From NCBI GenBank assembly GCA_040385685.1, contig JAZKGW010000034.1:389-64388 (forward strand): a stretch of 64,000 nucleotides of DNA, read 5' to 3'. Source of the stretch: Verrucomicrobiota bacterium (lineage in GTDB: Bacteria > Verrucomicrobiota > Verrucomicrobiia > Verrucomicrobiales > Akkermansiaceae). Positions 59,679 to 64,000 of the stretch are shown here, piece by piece. The position numbers and the translations under genes are program-made. The notes beneath the pieces were generated by a model. That model was not told the origin of the DNA. It ran no database searches and saw only the letters and a list, made by a program, of their open reading frames with translations. Each line of letters begins with the position of its first letter. Position 1 is the first letter of the stretch.

Positions 59679-61253
59679 ATGACGAACGTTTTGAAGATCT
59701 TCCTGGGGTTGCAGTTCGTGGCATCGGCCTTCGCCGGGGAGCCCCTTCGGGTCGTCATTGACCCTGCGGTCACCCACCAGACCATCGACGGCTTCGGTGC
59801 CTCGGACGCTTGGCAATGCCAGTTTGTCGGCAAAAACTGGCCGCTGGAAAAGCGCCGGCGGATCGCGGATTTGCTCTTCAGCCGGGAGGTGGATGCCCAG
59901 GGGAAACCCAAGGGGATCGGGCTTTCCATCTGGCGATTTTACCTTGGTGCGGGCACCACGGAGCAGGGGGAGGCGTCGGGCATTCGGAATCCGTGGCGCC
60001 GCGCGGAGTGTTTCCAGAATCCAGATGGCAGCTACGATTGGTCGAAAATGGCGGGGCAGCAGTGGTTTTTGCAAGCGGCCCGGGACCGAGGGGTGGAGCG
60101 GTTTCTGGCCTTTCCCAACGCCGCGCCGGTGCAGTTGAGCGAGAACGGAAAGGGATACGCGACCAAAGGCGACATCCATCTGAACCTCAAGCCCGGCGCG
60201 ATGAAGAATTATGCGGATTACTTGGTGGACGTGATGGAGCACTTCACCCAAACCGGCCGCCCGTTCGACTATCTGAGTCCCGTCAATGAGCCCCAGTGGA
60301 ACTGGGATGGAGCCGACCAGGAGGGCACCCCGGCGTTGAACGAGGAGATCCACGGTTTGGTGCGACATCTGTCGCACGGACTTTCAGCCAGGAAGCTGAA
60401 GACCCAGATCGTCATCGGGGAAGCGGGAACCATCGGCCACGTGGCCATGCGCATGGGTCGGTTTGGCCTGCCCGAGGATGGCCGGGATGATCAGGCACGG
60501 TGTTTTTTCAACGAGGCGTCGCCATTTTACATCGGGAACCTGCCGAACGTCGCTCCCATCATTTCTGCTCACAGCTACCAATCGGTCTGGCCATTGGAAA
60601 AACAGGTGGAATACCGGCGCATCGTCCATGGCGCGCTTCAATCCGCCGCGACCCGACTCGGCTACTGGCAGAGCGAATACTGCATTATCGAGGAAAATGG
60701 CGAGATCGGCGGGGGAAACCGCCGCGACCTAGGCATGGACACCGCGCTTTATGTCGCCCGGATCATCCATCATGACATGACCCTCACTAACGCCCGCTCT
60801 TGGCAGTGGTGGACAGCGCTGTCGCAAGTGGATTACAAGGACGGGCTCATCCACCTCGACGATGGCTCGGCAGGAGAAACCGGCCGGATGGGTCCCGAAA
60901 CCACCAGCCTGATCCACGATGGAGCGGTGCGCGAAAGCAAACTTCTGTGGGTCTTTGGCAACTATTCACGATTCGTCCGGCCCGGCATGGTCCGCGTGGG
61001 CTGCCGGACGGAGCCGGAACAATCGTTCAAGGACGGTCTGCTGGCCTCGGCCTACCGGGGAGCCGGCGGCGAGACCGTTGCCGTCCTCGTCAATCTGTCC
61101 CGAGAGGAACTCCACTGTGACCTGGGTTCCCCGGCGACCGCCAAAGTGTACACAACCTCCACCGGGCTAAGCCTGGAATCGGGCACGCAATCTTGCTCGA
61201 ACATCACCATCCCGGCGCGCGCTGTCGTGACAGTCTGCGCGGTTCTACCGTGA
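59679..61253 (+). CDS. GH30-family glycoside hydrolase, secreted
   Basis: QTIDGFGASDAW, GLSIWRF, SPVNEPQW, YWQSEYC, WQWWTA. Confidence 0.85.
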   Translation: MTNVLKIFLGLQFVASAFAGEPLRVVIDPAVTHQTIDGFGASDAWQCQFVGKNWPLEKRRRIADLLFSREVDAQGKPKGIGLSIWRFYLGAGTTEQGEASGIRNPWRRAECFQNPDGSYDWSKMAGQQWFLQAARDRGVERFLAFPNAAPVQLSENGKGYATKGDIHLNLKPGAMKNYADYLVDVMEHFTQTGRPFDYLSPVNEPQWNWDGADQEGTPALNEEIHGLVRHLSHGLSARKLKTQIVIGEAGTIGHVAMRMGRFGLPEDGRDDQARCFFNEASPFYIGNLPNVAPIISAHSYQSVWPLEKQVEYRRIVHGALQSAATRLGYWQSEYCIIEENGEIGGGNRRDLGMDTALYVARIIHHDMTLTNARSWQWWTALSQVDYKDGLIHLDDGSAGETGRMGPETTSLIHDGAVRESKLLWVFGNYSRFVRPGMVRVGCRTEPEQSFKDGLLASAYRGAGGETVAVLVNLSREELHCDLGSPATAKVYTTSTGLSLESGTQSCSNITIPARAVVTVCAVLP

Positions 61254-61268
61254 GATGGCAACAAAGCC

Positions 61269-61769
61269 TTACGCGAGAACCAACCTCTCGTCGGACTCGA
61301 GCTTGGCGGTGAGCACTGGCCAGCCGCCGGGAACCTGCATGTTGAAGCAGTGCAGATAGAGAGTGAGCAGCTTCGGATCGAAGATGTCGACCAAGCGATC
61401 GATTGTCGAGTTGAGGCGCTCGGCATCGAGATTTTTCGGCAAGTCGCCGACGACCGAGCCTTTGCCATCGTGAGGGATGCCCATGCCGTCGCAGAACATC
61501 GCCAGCAACGACTGCTGGCCAGCCATCAGGTAGGCTTGCAGGAGGTGCTCGCCGATGGTTTCACAGGGCTTGAGCTTGAGGGTTTTGTGGATCCAAGCGT
61601 ATTGCTCGGCCATCGATTTCTTTTCAACGAACACCGGCCGGAGCTTGCGGTTTCCGGCTAGGGTGGCGACGGCGGACCGGTAAACGTTCCGGTCGTTGGC
61701 GCGGAACCAATCGAGGATTTGAGTGACAACGGCGGGATCGACTGCGGAGTAAAGTTCGTGGGCTTTCAC
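61269..61769 (-). CDS. Conserved hypothetical protein
   Basis: Intact 166-aa ORF with typical codon use, GTG start. Confidence 0.7.
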   Translation of the reverse strand: MKAHELYSAVDPAVVTQILDWFRANDRNVYRSAVATLAGNRKLRPVFVEKKSMAEQYAWIHKTLKLKPCETIGEHLLQAYLMAGQQSLLAMFCDGMGIPHDGKGSVVGDLPKNLDAERLNSTIDRLVDIFDPKLLTLYLHCFNMQVPGGWPVLTAKLESDERLVLA

Positions 61770-61958
61770 GGTGAGGAAATAAGAAGTGGCAGGGAGTCAA
61801 TGCGCTCATCCGCCCCGTGGCAAGGGCGGAGACGCGAAAAGGTGGAGCACGGCTTTTTCGAGAAGTAATGCGATTTCCATGGGTGACCTGCCGGAAAATC
61901 TGTGGGCATCAATCGCGGTCTTTCAGATGCCGGCGTGACCTCAATAGGACCACCCGAC

Positions 61959-62336
61959 TTACAGGAACGCCATGATCCCGAAAACGAGCATCACTCCCCC
62001 GGAAACCACCAACCCGGCCCCGAAGACCAGTAACCGGCCTTTGCCCAACGAATCTCCATTGCGAAAAAGCCCCCGCAGATACAACTCCGCCAACGGCCCG
62101 AGCATGAACGCGACGTTGGCCCCGATGCCGACCAGGATGCCACCGATGATCGCGGCGGGAATGGGAAGGTTCTGTCGGGTGATCCACAGCATCAGCACGC
62201 CGATGCCGGGCGGAAGCAGGATTCCGTTATAAATGAGGCGGAGCTTTTCCCAACCGCGGACCAGTTCGCCGAGCGTGGCGTGATCGCTGGCAACGGGCGG
62301 CGCGGACGGCGGCGCGTAGGGATTTGGTTCGATCAT
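61959..62336 (-). CDS. Hypothetical membrane protein (NPYAPP N-terminus)
   Basis: NPYAPPS, WEKLRLIYN, four hydrophobic segments; starts 5 nt after upstream stop. Confidence 0.7.
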   Translation of the reverse strand: MIEPNPYAPPSAPPVASDHATLGELVRGWEKLRLIYNGILLPPGIGVLMLWITRQNLPIPAAIIGGILVGIGANVAFMLGPLAELYLRGLFRNGDSLGKGRLLVFGAGLVVSGGVMLVFGIMAFL

Positions 62337-62341
62337 ACCCT

Positions 62342-63748
62342 TCAGCGAAGTCCGAGCACTTTCGGCGCGCTGGCATTTCCGAACCGATCGATCGCCGTGA
62401 CCGCGATCGCCTCGGCACGGGGGAAGGAAATCGTTTGCGTGCTGGTGGGCAGGATTTTCACCGTGCGCCAGGTGCCGCCCGTTTTGGCTTGGACGGCGAT
62501 TTTCGCGGCGCTGCCATCGGCTGACCAGCGGACCAACGTGTTGCCACCATCGGCCGTCGCGCTGGCTCCGGGCGAGGCGGGTGCGTTGCTGTTGAGCCAC
62601 GGCATCGGCGGGATCGCGGCGGGCTGGGTGTAAGTGCCGGCGAGCTTGGTGGCGATGCCGCCCTGGTTTCTAACAAGGCTCTTCGCGCTCCAATGGATGT
62701 GACCGTTCCAGTTGTTTCCAGTCTTGCGGGAAATGTCGATCTGGCTGGTGATTTCGCCCGCACCGCGGCCATCCGATCCGCCGATCCGCTCGGTGGCGAT
62801 TCCCGGCCACACTGGCCGCGATCCTTGCTGACGCCACCAGTTGAGCAGCGTGGTGTAGCTCTGCTTCTGTGGCGAAATCCGCCAGTAGAGCTGCGGTGCG
62901 AGGTAATCGACCCAACCGTTTTTCAGCCATTTGCGCGAATCGCCGGCGAGTTGCTCATAGCTGTCGATGCCAGCCTCGATGCCGCCGGGCACGCCCGGAC
63001 GCCAGATGCCGAACGGACTGATGCCGACCCGCACCCACGACTTCTGGCGCTTCACGGCGGCGTAGAGGTTGCTGACGAATCCATCGACATAAGCCCGTCG
63101 CTCGGCGGGGCTTTTTCCATCGGGGAAACGCAGGCTGCCGGACGGATAGGGATAGAAATAGTCGTCGAGGTGGACGCCATCGACGTCGTAGCGCTTCACC
63201 ACATCGAGGATGACATTGAGCGCGCGGGAGCGGGTGTTTTCGTTGGCGGGATCGCACCAGGTCATGGTGCCGAATTTTTTCGTGATCTGCGGCGCGCTGC
63301 GGGTGACATGGTTGGCGGCGACCTGCTGGGAGTTGCTGGAAAGAGCGCGGAACGGATTGAACCACGCGTGCACCTCGATCCCGCGTGCATGGGCCTGCTG
63401 GATGCAATAGGCGAGGGGATCGTAGCCCGGCGAGCGGCCCATCGTGCCGGTTAGGCTGGAGCTCCAGGGCTCGATGGCCGACGCATAGACCGCGTCGCAC
63501 TGCGGGCGGACCTGGAAGACCACTGCGTTCATTTTCAACGCGGCGAGCTTGTCGAGGATGCCGCGCATTTCGGCCTGCTGGGTGCTTGCGTCGAGGCCGG
63601 ATGAGCTGGGCCAGTCGAGGTTGTAGATACAGGCGATCCACGCCCCTCGAAATTCGCGGGCGAGCGCGGGCGGTGGATCGTTCACTGGCGCGTAATTCTG
63701 GGCGGCGGCGATACCGATGGAAAAGAGGAAGGCGATCAAGCGAAGCAT
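62342..63748 (-). CDS. GHL10 (YddW/DUF187-like) glycoside hydrolase
   Basis: REFRGAWI, VFQVRP, YDPL, EVHAWFNPFR, YDVDGVHLDDYFYPY, DYLAPQLYW. Confidence 0.9.
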   Translation of the reverse strand: MLRLIAFLFSIGIAAAQNYAPVNDPPPALAREFRGAWIACIYNLDWPSSSGLDASTQQAEMRGILDKLAALKMNAVVFQVRPQCDAVYASAIEPWSSSLTGTMGRSPGYDPLAYCIQQAHARGIEVHAWFNPFRALSSNSQQVAANHVTRSAPQITKKFGTMTWCDPANENTRSRALNVILDVVKRYDVDGVHLDDYFYPYPSGSLRFPDGKSPAERRAYVDGFVSNLYAAVKRQKSWVRVGISPFGIWRPGVPGGIEAGIDSYEQLAGDSRKWLKNGWVDYLAPQLYWRISPQKQSYTTLLNWWRQQGSRPVWPGIATERIGGSDGRGAGEITSQIDISRKTGNNWNGHIHWSAKSLVRNQGGIATKLAGTYTQPAAIPPMPWLNSNAPASPGASATADGGNTLVRWSADGSAAKIAVQAKTGGTWRTVKILPTSTQTISFPRAEAIAVTAIDRFGNASAPKVLGLR

Positions 63749-64000
63749 GGCCCGCAGGATGGGCGGAATTCAAACGGCGGGCAAGCCGTGATAGGAGCAT
63801 GGATGCACGGCGCTCCAATCAAGTCAGCGCAATGGCCCAGGATGTTGGGCGGATCTTGCCACAGCAGGGTTGAGATAGTGTGTGGCGCCGATTTCTTCCT
63901 CGAGGAGCTCCGGCACTCCAGAGATGATTATGAAGGAGAATGTCCGGAATGGTATTATTATAGCGAGGCGTCGATTTTTCCAAATTTCCTGTGGACAATC

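Larger units (their letters stand above)
162..63454. repeat. Dispersed over-represented pentamer CTAAC/GTTAG (about 120 copies, manual count)
   Basis: Examples at 162, 366, 474, 869, 2483, 2992, 3096, 6617, 14840, 14900, 25463, 28623, 32952, 50272, 55949, 63450. Confidence 0.85.

Noticed and set aside
162-63454. Idea that dispersed GTTAG sites are integron core sites (GTTRRRY)
   Set aside because: Only about one third of the first ~35 sites fit GTTAGRY (about one quarter expected by chance), and they lack attC hairpins; the overlap with attC cores is treated as coincidence.
162-63454. Idea that the motif is selected as a double off-frame stop (TAA on one strand, TAG on the other)
   Set aside because: CTAAA, CTAAG and CTAAT have the same property and are rare.
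162-63454. Similarity of CTAAC to the spliceosomal branch point or telomeric TTAGG repeats; fixed spacing; bipartite type I R-M site
   Set aside because: Bacterial, intron-free, both orientations, not tandem. Gaps look random, and no second half-site was seen in the contexts inspected.
63924-64000. AT-rich partial ORF at the right edge
   Set aside because: Too short to call.
1-64000. CRISPR arrays, rRNA, tRNA, IS transposases, prophage genes
   Set aside because: None recognised in the window.

Overview
GC-rich bacterial chromosomal window, most consistent with Verrucomicrobiota (Luteolibacter-like; inferred from gene content and protein styles). It carries a sulfate-assimilation operon (cysJIH-cysK), an SPFH pair, an alpha-2-macroglobulin, a GT4/GH130 pair, pdxH, an L-rhamnose locus, MTAP, aroG, a rex/ECF-sigma/2-oxoacid dehydrogenase run, a small integron-type cassette array with no integrase in the window, two giant secreted proteins, miaB and glycoside hydrolases. 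Three signals stand out. (1) The non-palindromic pentamer CTAAC/GTTAG occurs about 120 times by manual count, roughly 10 times its CTAAN siblings. It is written into coding sequence through otherwise rare codons (TTA, CTA, CCT/GCT-AAC), prefers CTAAC-A-A, and is nearly absent from the cassette cargo genes, which suggests a host genome-wide DNA motif system. (2) An attC cassette array at 43.8-47.0 kb has matching R''/R' cores. (3) A reprolysin-like zymogen appears split into a stand-alone propeptide gene and a separate 2000-aa protease/adhesin gene. All counts are manual and approximate; no database searches were run.
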